A stretch of 64,000 nt of DNA from Planctomycetota bacterium (GTDB lineage: Bacteria; Planctomycetota; E44-bin39), in assembly GCA_004376375.1 (NCBI GenBank), contig SOJX01000087.1, positions 81,238 to 145,237 of the forward strand, written 5' to 3'. Within the stretch, counting starts at the first letter, position 1. Each line of letters opens with the position of its first letter. The notes beneath the pieces were generated by a model. That model saw only the letters and a program-made list of their open reading frames with translations. It searched no databases and was not told the DNA's origin. Positions 45,853 to 54,245 of this stretch are shown one piece after another. Both the position numbers and the translations under genes were made by a program.

Positions 45853-48792
45853 ATGGGAGCGCCAAAGAAAATCAGGGAACTTGTCAAAGGATTCGAACTA
45901 AATCTGAAGATTGATGGAAAGGATTTCATAGATGAAGCAAATCTCCGAAATGAATATATAAACGAGTTCTTTAAGTGCCTTGGCTGGGATGTGGAGAATA
46001 ATAAGCGCAGAATCGCAAGCTGGAAAGAAGTTATTCTAGAGCGGTCACATGGTGCAAAGGGAAAGAAGAAGCGTGCTGATTACACGATCCGCATTGGGCA
46101 AACTCCTGTTTTTCTGGTGGAGGCAAAGAGGCCATCAGTCAATATAAGGAAAGATGTAGATTCGGTATACCAACTGCGAAAGTATGGATGGAACCAAAGG
46201 GTTGTTCTAAGTATTTTGACGAATTTTGAATTCTTTGCAGTATATGATTGCCGCAAGCAGCCTTTCAGGAGTGAAAGGGCAAAGACTTCGCTTGTTCCCA
46301 AGCTTTCATTCCATTACAGGGAATACGTTTCCCGATGGGCTGAAATCGAATCAATGTTCTCAAAGGCAGCGATTGAAAAAGGCTCATTTGATGAATTCGC
46401 GATCAAGAAAAGAAGTGGAACTCTGCCGGTCGACGAAGCTTTTCTTGAGGAAATAGAATCATGGCGAAAACAACTTGCGAAAGATATTGCAAAGAGAAAC
46501 AGGCGGCTTTCGAATGATCAGATTACTTCAGTCGTTCAGCGCACGATAGACAGGATAATATTCCTTCGTATCTGCGAGGGTCGGGGAATAGAACACGAAC
46601 AACTGATCAAACTTCTTGAGGAAAGCAACACGTACAATTGCCTCGGCGTTTTGTTTAAAACCGCGGACAAGAAATACAATTCAGGGCTTTTCTACTTTAA
46701 AAAAGAAAAGAACCGCCTTCCCGAAACAGACGAATGGATGCTAAACCTAAAAATCGATGACAAGGTGATCAAGAGAATAATCAGGCAACTTTATGAGCCA
46801 TATTGCCACTACCAGTTCGCAATGATGCCGGCTGACGTTCTTGGGCAGGTTTACGAACAATTTCTTGGAAAAACTATAAAGCTTAAGAAATCTCGCCGTG
46901 TAGAGATTAAATATAAACCAGAGGTAAAGAAGGCAGGCGGGGTCTACTATACTCCAACCTATATCGTAGACTACATTGTTGAGAATACGGTTGGCAAACT
47001 ACTTGAAAAATGCAAAACACCGAGAACGGCCTCCAATCTGAAAATCCTCGATCCTGCATGCGGCTCTGGTTCCTTCCTGATTGTCGCTTACCAGAAGCTT
47101 ATGGACTGGCATCTCGAATATTATATTATGGATGGGCCAAAGAAATACTCTAGGGGCAGAAAACCAAAAATATTCGAGTTTAACGGCGAGTGGCACCTGA
47201 CGACGGGAGAGAAGAAAAGGATTCTGTTAAACAACATCTTCGGCGTTGATATTGACGAGCAGGCTGTGGAAGTTACGAAACTCTCTCTGCTTCTGAAAGT
47301 ACTGGAGGGAGAAAATGACCGCACACTTCAGAAGCAGTTGTTACTCTTTCCGGAGCGGGTTCTGCCGGACCTCCACAGAAATATCAGGTGTGGAAACTCG
47401 CTTATCGGGACGGATTTCGAGGATGAAATAGGAAGAAGTTATGAAAGTGAAAAAGAACGCTCACAGGTAAATGCGTTCGACTGGGATGGGGAAAAAGGAT
47501 TTCCGGAAATTTTCAATAGAAAGAATCCGGGCTTTGACGCGGTGATTGCGAATCCGCCATATGACGTTTTGGAAAAGGAAAGAGGGAAGGCCTCTTGGCC
47601 ACATGATTTGTTGTCAGATTATGTTAGAATTAATAAGAATTATAAATATGGACTTGGAGGGAAGCTTAATCTATTTAGGTTCTTCATTATCCGTTTCGTT
47701 CATCTTCTGCGAAGAAACGGAAAACTTGGGATGATTACCCCATTAGCTTTGCTTGCGGATATTAGTTGTGCTAGAACCCGCCGCCATCTAGTTTGTTGTA
47801 CTACGAAATCCATTGCAAACTGCTTTCCGCAAAAAGACAATCCAAAGCGCCGGGTATTTACCAAAGCAAAGCTCTCAACCGTAGTGTATACAGGGACTAG
47901 AACACCGAAACAGTCCGAAGAACGAGCGCAAGTTCGCGTTCGTGCCTTTCCATGGAATAGCTTTAATGACCAATACGTTGAATGTCTTATAAGATTGCAG
48001 GATACAAGGCTATTGGACCCCGAAAACACACCTATTCCTCTTCTTAACGAAGACACATGGCGCTTATGCAAAAAGATACATAAGATGAGGATGGTTGTTC
48101 GTATTGCGGAATTATCCGATATAGAAGTTCGGCGCGGTGAAATCAACCAGACGGTTTATAGAAGCTTCATATCGAGCAATAAGAAATTGCATCGCCTCCT
48201 GAAAGGTGTTGAATTCGGGCAATATATAATGCATAAAGAATTAAGTCAAGGAAAGCGAGAATGGTTTAATGAGAAGGCGTTTTTAAAGAAACATTCATCT
48301 TATTCCATTATAAAGAAGAGACGCATTGCAACTCAGCGAATCACCGGTGTTGATGAAAAGCTAAGGATAGTGGCAACAATCATTGAATCACCAGCATATT
48401 TTGCAGACTCAACTAACTCTGTCTCTCTTTCTGAAGAATCACCCTACGCACTTGAATACGTTTTGGGATTACTAAACTCAAAAATGTTCCAATGGCGTTT
48501 CAAAGTTACAAGCACAAATAATAACGTCGGGACAAATGAAATTAAATCCTTGCCATTTCGCAGCATGATTTTTTCGCATAAAAAGGACAAAGCTCGCCAT
48601 GACCGGATAGTGAAGCTCGTTGAGACGATGATTGATTTGAACAAGAAGCTGCCAAAGGCAAAGGGCGGGCATCAGAAGGAAGTGATTCAGCGGCAGATTG
48701 ACGCGACGAACAGGAAGATTGATAAGCTTGTTTACGAGCTTTACGGGTTAACAAATAGGGAAATTAAAATTGTAGAAGAAGGGGCCTTATAG
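45853..48792 (+). CDS. type IIL/IIG restriction-modification fusion enzyme (MmeI-like): N-terminal PD-ExK nuclease, N6-adenine methyltransferase and target-recognition domain
   Basis: 'ADYTIRIGQTPVFLVEAKRP' (D...EAK). Motif I 'ILDPACGSGSFL'. Motif IV 'VIANPPYDV'. About 980 aa. Strong RBS 'aaggtaaggaa' before ATG 45853 (the ORF track starts at a TTG at 45838). Confidence 0.75.
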   Translation: MGAPKKIRELVKGFELNLKIDGKDFIDEANLRNEYINEFFKCLGWDVENNKRRIASWKEVILERSHGAKGKKKRADYTIRIGQTPVFLVEAKRPSVNIRKDVDSVYQLRKYGWNQRVVLSILTNFEFFAVYDCRKQPFRSERAKTSLVPKLSFHYREYVSRWAEIESMFSKAAIEKGSFDEFAIKKRSGTLPVDEAFLEEIESWRKQLAKDIAKRNRRLSNDQITSVVQRTIDRIIFLRICEGRGIEHEQLIKLLEESNTYNCLGVLFKTADKKYNSGLFYFKKEKNRLPETDEWMLNLKIDDKVIKRIIRQLYEPYCHYQFAMMPADVLGQVYEQFLGKTIKLKKSRRVEIKYKPEVKKAGGVYYTPTYIVDYIVENTVGKLLEKCKTPRTASNLKILDPACGSGSFLIVAYQKLMDWHLEYYIMDGPKKYSRGRKPKIFEFNGEWHLTTGEKKRILLNNIFGVDIDEQAVEVTKLSLLLKVLEGENDRTLQKQLLLFPERVLPDLHRNIRCGNSLIGTDFEDEIGRSYESEKERSQVNAFDWDGEKGFPEIFNRKNPGFDAVIANPPYDVLEKERGKASWPHDLLSDYVRINKNYKYGLGGKLNLFRFFIIRFVHLLRRNGKLGMITPLALLADISCARTRRHLVCCTTKSIANCFPQKDNPKRRVFTKAKLSTVVYTGTRTPKQSEERAQVRVRAFPWNSFNDQYVECLIRLQDTRLLDPENTPIPLLNEDTWRLCKKIHKMRMVVRIAELSDIEVRRGEINQTVYRSFISSNKKLHRLLKGVEFGQYIMHKELSQGKREWFNEKAFLKKHSSYSIIKKRRIATQRITGVDEKLRIVATIIESPAYFADSTNSVSLSEESPYALEYVLGLLNSKMFQWRFKVTSTNNNVGTNEIKSLPFRSMIFSHKKDKARHDRIVKLVETMIDLNKKLPKAKGGHQKEVIQRQIDATNRKIDKLVYELYGLTNREIKIVEEGAL

Positions 48793-48884
48793 CAAAATGG
48801 CGAAACTTAATTTTGTGCTTGATGTAAGCATTATGTTTGGGTAATATGGTGGCCCACGTAACAGTCTTCGTAAAGGAGGATCAA

Positions 48885-49100
48885 ATGCCAAAAGCAAAGA
48901 AAAAAGCCAAAAAAAAAGCCAGAAAAAAAGCTAAAAAAACAGATAAGGAAACACAAATTCTTGAGGAGTTGATGGGGATAAAGAGACTCTTGGTTTTGGC
49001 AATTATAAAGAAGGATAAAATCAAACAGAAAGATATTTCAAAAGTGCTTAATGTTGGGGAAGCTACGATAAGCAGAATGATGTCGAAGGGAACGGGATAA
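48885..49100 (+). CDS. small Lys-rich HTH DNA-binding protein (possible controller/regulator)
   Basis: RBS 'aaggagg' 8 nt before ATG 48885. 'QKDISKVLNVGEATISRMM' HTH. Confidence 0.4.
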   Translation: MPKAKKKAKKKARKKAKKTDKETQILEELMGIKRLLVLAIIKKDKIKQKDISKVLNVGEATISRMMSKGTG

Positions 49101-49139
49101 ATAGACAAATATGCTCGGAAGCCAAGAGAGTAAGAAATT

Positions 49140-50021
49140 ATGCCGTTAGAAGTATCGGATGCGATATCAAATGCTCCGGAGCAAATCAAATTCGCTGCCG
49201 AAGCATTATGTCGGTCTGATATCGCCTTTAAAGTCTTCGATGCAATATATAAGGGCAAGAAAAAAGCCAAAACTGTTGAAGAAATTGTGGGTAAAACAAA
49301 ACTTACAAGGAAGCAAGTCCTAACACACGGCAATAGATTAGCACAAAAACATATTGTAAAGCAAATTGGAAAATATGGAAACATCGCTTACGAAAAAATA
49401 GATTTCTTCTATCCACACAAGCGGGAAATATTGCGACTCGCTAAGGACCCTAAGAAGCGTGAAGCATATACGACAAAAAGAAATCCGAAATCTGGTAGTT
49501 CGGGTTTTGTGAATATAAGGATTCAAACAAAAAGAACAAGGACAGAGCAAATTACTGTAGACGATATTGGGTCTTTCAAGAAAATTGGCAAGGTCGCGAC
49601 ATCAAAACACATACCAAATACTGTTTCTGAGAGAAAATTCAAGAGGGGTATTAAAAATATTCTTGGTGAACATGGTGAGTTCAAGGATTGGGGTGGCGAA
49701 AAGAATGACCTATACACAACGCGCCTAAGAATGGATGGCAAACGTCGGGTGGTTGCATTTGCCTTTAAAGGGCCGGGAACCCGTGGCAAATTAGTTCCCG
49801 GCAAGCTTGGAAAAAATGGCGACCAGATTCAGAGACTATTTGAGGCAGACGCCGATGTCTTTATTATTCAGTACTGGCGCGATATCGCCGAAAGCGTGAT
49901 TCAACAGATGTTCCAACTCGCCATTGCAAAATCCGCGATGACTGGTAGAAAAGTATCTTACGGCATTATAGATGGGTATGATTCAAACAGAATTTTCAAA
50001 GCATACCGAAAAAAGTTTTAG
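49140..50021 (+). CDS. hypothetical protein: N-terminal wHTH-like region, C-terminal region weakly Mrr/PD-(D/E)xK-nuclease-like
   Basis: 'FKDWGGEKNDLYTTRLRMDGKRRVVAFAFKG...DADVFIIQYW' loosely resembles restriction-endonuclease cores. AT-rich like the adjacent R-M gene. Confidence 0.35.
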   Translation: MPLEVSDAISNAPEQIKFAAEALCRSDIAFKVFDAIYKGKKKAKTVEEIVGKTKLTRKQVLTHGNRLAQKHIVKQIGKYGNIAYEKIDFFYPHKREILRLAKDPKKREAYTTKRNPKSGSSGFVNIRIQTKRTRTEQITVDDIGSFKKIGKVATSKHIPNTVSERKFKRGIKNILGEHGEFKDWGGEKNDLYTTRLRMDGKRRVVAFAFKGPGTRGKLVPGKLGKNGDQIQRLFEADADVFIIQYWRDIAESVIQQMFQLAIAKSAMTGRKVSYGIIDGYDSNRIFKAYRKKF

Positions 50022-50561
50022 CCTCGATAAATAGCAATAAATGGGGGGAAACCGCCTATTTATTTTTGTTCCGCCCTTTCAGGGCGGGTTGTTTATTGGG
50101 GGCTTTTCCCAGGGCGGCGGTTTGCTTCGCAAACCTTGCCCTGGGCTACTATATTACGGCCCTTCGGGGCCTTCACAAGGAATAGCATATTAAGAAGCGG
50201 GCATAGCATGCTATGCCCCTACAATTCAACGCGCCGCAAGCGGCGCGGCTTCACAAAAATCCTGGATTCCCGCCTGCGCGGGAATGACGGAAGAAATCAA
50301 TCGGCAGAAGTCCCGAGTACCGAGTCGTGAGTCTCGCGGCGCGGGGGGCGCGGCTACACGAAGAACAAGACCGCGCCACTGGGTGGCGCTGAATAAGGGA
50401 TAAGGTAATAAGTAGATAAGGGAATATGGGCATTGCATGCAATGCCCCTACAATTTAACGCGCCGCAGGCGGCGCGGCGGTTAACCGCACCCGGAGAATT
50501 CACCACGCCTTCCGGCGTGGTGCTTCCGGGCATAGATTAATGTTGTTATCGTTTTTATGAA
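50022..50561. repeat. hairpin-dense intergenic region with two REP-like copies (50199..50249, 50428..50478) plus several other GC hairpins and a GAGTNNN heptamer run (50300..50345)
   Basis: 'ccgccctttcagggcgg', 'cccagggc..gccctggg', 'ggcccttcggggcc', 'gggcatagcatgctatgcccctacaattcaacgcgccgcaagcggcgcggc', 'gggcattgcatgcaatgcccctacaatttaacgcgccgcaggcggcgcggcg', 'gcgccactgggtggcgc', 'cacgccttccggcgtg'. Confidence 0.55.
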
Positions 50562-51074
50562 TCAATCGGCAGAGGTCACGCGGAAAGAGCGCTTTCTCTT
50601 ATCCGGCTTCGCCGGCCGGGCGGCGATGCGGAAACTCTTTGCGGAAACTTGAAATTCCAGCCTGTAATCATTCGCCTCAATACTCTTTATATGCATTTCC
50701 ACAACAGGATACGCGGCAGCCAGCTCGGACTCAGAGGCATATCGCCCGTGCTTGCGGTGAAACCGCTTCTCCAGATCAGCCAGGATATCCAGCGACCCGG
50801 ACACCATGAAAGTCTCCTGCTCAACCCCCTCTCTTGCCGGTTCGTTCGAGTTACCGAGCGGCAGCAAAATGACAACCATTACCGCAATCCCGGCAAATAT
50901 TGCTATGCTAATCGCCAGGCGCCACCTCACCCGCCGGCCTTTTTCAAAACGGGCCTTCATGGCATCGGTGCCCAGCATCGCCCTGACGTCAATCGGAACG
51001 TCTTTGTTTTTCTGTAAGTCGTTTTCATCTGGGGAAGGGGAAGGATGCGGGTTCTGGTTATCACCTTCGGTCAC
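50562..51074 (-). CDS. membrane-anchored hypothetical protein (co-transcribed downstream of hflX)
   Basis: Single TM 'LAISIAIFAGIAVMVVILL'. 4-nt overlap with the hflX stop. Confidence 0.4.
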   Translation of the reverse strand: MTEGDNQNPHPSPSPDENDLQKNKDVPIDVRAMLGTDAMKARFEKGRRVRWRLAISIAIFAGIAVMVVILLPLGNSNEPAREGVEQETFMVSGSLDILADLEKRFHRKHGRYASESELAAAYPVVEMHIKSIEANDYRLEFQVSAKSFRIAARPAKPDKRKRSFRVTSAD

Positions 51075-52399
51075 GGGATAATGACCTCGACGTCGGGATT
51101 TCTGCGCAATCTTTCGGCGTGTCTGGTTTCGATGAGGACCTTGAGAACGACCGAGTCGCCTTCGTAGGACCGCTCGAGTATGTTCGCGCGCTCCTCAACG
51201 AACGAAATAAGCTTGCCGAGCCCGGCGTGAATCGCAAGCACAAGTTCCTGATACCTCTGGTCGATATGGCCGGTTATCGTGCCGGCCAGCCGGTCGATAC
51301 CCTCCCCGCTCTTCGCCGAAATGGGGATACAATCACCGTAGTTTTCCTGCAGATACCGAAGCTCGACCGGGTCGGGAAGAAGGTCGATCTTGTTTGCGAG
51401 AAGAACGTTCGGCTTGCCCGCACAGCCTATCTCCCCAAGCACGGACTTCACAGCTTCAATCAGCCTGGAAGGATCGGTACGTGAGCCGTCGACCACGTGC
51501 AGGAGCAGGTTGGCCTGGCTGACTTCTTCAAGCGTAGCGTTAAAACTGGCGACGAGGTGGTGGGGAAGATTACGTATGAAGCCGACGGTATCCGACAGGA
51601 GAACGCGATAGTTTCTGCCGATATCCCAGAGCCGGGTCCTGGTATCGAGTGTGGCAAAAAGCTTATCGTCGACCTTTACGTCCGCACCGGTGAGGGAGTT
51701 GAACAGCGTCGACTTACCCGCGTTCGTATACCCGACCAGCGCGATGGTGAAATCTTTTTCACGGGTCTGCACTTCCCGTTTTTTACGCTCGGAAATCTTG
51801 CTTATCTTTTTCTTGAGGTCAGCAATGCGTTTATTAACGATACGGCGGTCGGTCTCGAGCTGGGTTTCACCCGGTCCGCGCAGTCCGATACCGGGATCGC
51901 CGCCCCCGCCCGCGCCGGCAAGACGCGAAAGGTGGGTCCACATTTTTTTGAGGCGCGGCTGGCTGTATTCCAGTTGCGCAAGCTCGACCTGCAGTTTCGC
52001 CTGCCTGGTTTTGGCATGGGTGGCGAAAATATCCAGGATAAGCTCGGAGCGGTCGATCACCTTTACTTTGAGCGCTTCTTCAAGGGAGCGAACCTGCGCG
52101 GGCGAAAGGTCGTTGTCGACTATGACCACGTCTGCGCGCATTTCTTTTACAAGGTCAGCAATCTCTTCGACTTTGCCGCGGCCGAAAAACCTGGCCGGAT
52201 TCGGGCGGTCTTTTTTCTGAATTACCTCGCCGACAATATCCGCGCCCGCGGTTCCGACAAGGCTGCGCATTTCCGAAAGAGGTTCCTCGTAACCGCGGGC
52301 GTCACCTCGCCGCAGCAGGCCGGCAAGGACGGCGCGTTCGCGCAGGACGTGCAGTTCGCCGCGGGCTGTTTCATGAAATGGACGGTACTTCCTGGGCAT
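51071..52399 (-). CDS. hflX: GTPase HflX
   Basis: HflX N-domain plus G-domain ('GYTNAGKSTLFN', 'DTVGF', 'NKID'). Start at 'MPRKYRPFHE'. The upstream part of the long ORF is repeat-derived. Confidence 0.8.
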   Translation of the reverse strand: MPRKYRPFHETARGELHVLRERAVLAGLLRRGDARGYEEPLSEMRSLVGTAGADIVGEVIQKKDRPNPARFFGRGKVEEIADLVKEMRADVVIVDNDLSPAQVRSLEEALKVKVIDRSELILDIFATHAKTRQAKLQVELAQLEYSQPRLKKMWTHLSRLAGAGGGGDPGIGLRGPGETQLETDRRIVNKRIADLKKKISKISERKKREVQTREKDFTIALVGYTNAGKSTLFNSLTGADVKVDDKLFATLDTRTRLWDIGRNYRVLLSDTVGFIRNLPHHLVASFNATLEEVSQANLLLHVVDGSRTDPSRLIEAVKSVLGEIGCAGKPNVLLANKIDLLPDPVELRYLQENYGDCIPISAKSGEGIDRLAGTITGHIDQRYQELVLAIHAGLGKLISFVEERANILERSYEGDSVVLKVLIETRHAERLRRNPDVEVIIP

Positions 52400-52409
52400 A
52401 AAAAACTGA

Positions 52410-52560
52410 AGAAAGTATGAAGTATGAAGGCTGAAGTATGAAAAGAAGTACCAAGTACCAAGTACCGAGTACCAAGTATCAAGTACCAAGTATCAAATAC
52501 CAAGTATCAAGTACCGTAAAAAGAGACATCTGGTACTTGGTTCCTGGTACTTGGTACTTT
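52410..52560. repeat. tandem heptamer array ((G/C)AAGTA(T/C), about 17 units) followed by its inverted complement (TGGTACT units), forming a long hairpin in the nadB-hflX spacer
   Basis: 'gaagtatgaaggctgaagtatgaaaagaagtaccaagtaccaagtaccgagtaccaagtatcaagtaccaagtatcaaataccaagtatcaagtaccg ... tggtacttggttcctggtacttggtact'. Confidence 0.7.
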
Positions 52561-52566
52561 CTTGAT

Positions 52567-54240
52567 TCAGCCTTCATCCTTCTCTTCCGGCACTCCTATT
52601 ATTTCAGTATGTCTTTTCCAGTTCGCGTCATCCTGCTCGGGAAAATCGGTGCGGTAATGGACGCCGCGGCTCTCGGTCCGCGCGAGCGCGGATACCAGCA
52701 TCAGTCGGGCGACGAGCATCATGTTCTGGAGCCGCCAGCCGTCAGGCGCGTCAAATTCCATGCGCTCGATATACTGTCTCCAAAATCGGATATTTTCGAG
52801 CGCTTCATGAAGGACTTCCCCGTCCCGTTCGATACCCATTGCACGCCACATGAGCGCCCTGAGGGAGTTTTCGACATCGCTGAGGATGATCGGAGGTTTC
52901 GGAGCGTCGATAATTCGAAACTCGATGGCCCGGCTCGAGAAATCACCGTTATCGGATGCAAGTTCGCGCCCGATTGCCTCGCCTGCGCGCCAGCCCATGA
53001 CAAGCCCTTCGAGAAGCGAGTTCGACGCCAGCCTGTTCGTACCGTGAAAGCCAAGGCACGCGCACTCGCCGACTGCATACAGGTTCGGTGCGCTGGTTGC
53101 TCCGTTGAGGTTTGTTTTAATGCCGCCGATAAAGTAATGCGCGCTGGGTCTGACCGGTATGCGGTCGCGGGAGATGTCGATCGCGAACATACTGCATAGC
53201 TCCGCAATCTGCGGGAACCGCTGTTTTACGTCTATATTCAGTTTTGTCATGTCGAGATACACGCAGGTATCTCCCGTCTTTTTCAACTCGGAGACGATCG
53301 AGCGGCTGACTATGTCTCTCGGCGCAAGCTCACCCGCGGGGTCATAGTCGGTCATGAAACGCCTGCCGTCCTTTGTCTCGAGTATCGCCCCCTCCCCGCG
53401 CGCGGCTTCGCTTATCAAAGCGCGAATAGCGCCCGCGACGTAAAGCGTGGTAGGATGGAATTGAACGAATTCAAGGTCGGTAAGCATCGCCCCTGCGCGA
53501 AACGCCATCGCCAGCCCGTCGCCGGAAGCCGTAACCGGATTGGTGGTTTCACGAAAAATCTGGCCGGCGCCTCCGGTTGCCAGTACCGTTTTCCTCGCCC
53601 AGATTATTTCTTTTCCCTTGTGTTCGTCCATTAGCAGCGCGCCGATACAGCCGCCGCCGTGCCTGCGTGAGATAAGGTCCACAACGAAATGTCGAGGCAG
53701 TAGTTTCACATTCGAAAGCGAAGACACGTAATCGAGAAGAGCTTTCTGGATGTAACGCCCGCTCTGGTCACCGTAGACGTGAAGAACCCGCGCACGAGAA
53801 TGCCCTCCTTCGAGGTGGCGGTCAAAACCATCACCCTTGCGGTCAAAGCGCACACCCCACTCCTCGAGATCAGGCTGCCGCTCCACTCCGCCCCGGCAGA
53901 TTGTGCGCACCACTTCTTCCTCGGACAGGCCGTGCCCGGTACGAATTGTATCCCTGGCATGCTCTTCGCTGGAATCACCCGGTCCGTTGGCAATTGCTAT
54001 ACCGCCCTGCGCCATATTGGTTGCGGTCGCATCAAGCTCGCCTTTTGTAACAACCAGAACCTTACCCGAGCGCGAAGCTACAATCGCCGCGACAAGGCCG
54101 GCAATGCCGCTGCCGATAACTAGGACGTCGGTAAGCCTTTGAGGGATTTCGAAGGTGTTGAGTTCGGATAAATAACGCCGTCCGATAGGATTTTTCAGCG
54201 GGCCGGCGCTATCGTCCGACCTGGCGGTTGCTTCTGCCAC
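52567..54240 (-). CDS. nadB: L-aspartate oxidase
   Basis: FAD dinucleotide fold 'DVLVIGSGIAGL' and succinate-dehydrogenase/fumarate-reductase-flavoprotein-like blocks. About 550 aa. Confidence 0.8.
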   Translation of the reverse strand: MAEATARSDDSAGPLKNPIGRRYLSELNTFEIPQRLTDVLVIGSGIAGLVAAIVASRSGKVLVVTKGELDATATNMAQGGIAIANGPGDSSEEHARDTIRTGHGLSEEEVVRTICRGGVERQPDLEEWGVRFDRKGDGFDRHLEGGHSRARVLHVYGDQSGRYIQKALLDYVSSLSNVKLLPRHFVVDLISRRHGGGCIGALLMDEHKGKEIIWARKTVLATGGAGQIFRETTNPVTASGDGLAMAFRAGAMLTDLEFVQFHPTTLYVAGAIRALISEAARGEGAILETKDGRRFMTDYDPAGELAPRDIVSRSIVSELKKTGDTCVYLDMTKLNIDVKQRFPQIAELCSMFAIDISRDRIPVRPSAHYFIGGIKTNLNGATSAPNLYAVGECACLGFHGTNRLASNSLLEGLVMGWRAGEAIGRELASDNGDFSSRAIEFRIIDAPKPPIILSDVENSLRALMWRAMGIERDGEVLHEALENIRFWRQYIERMEFDAPDGWRLQNMMLVARLMLVSALARTESRGVHYRTDFPEQDDANWKRHTEIIGVPEEKDEG

Positions 54241-54245
54241 TCTCG

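Noticed and set aside
52410-52560. Possible CRISPR array
   Set aside because: Units are 7 nt with no spacers. This is a microsatellite-like heptamer tract, not repeat-spacer architecture.
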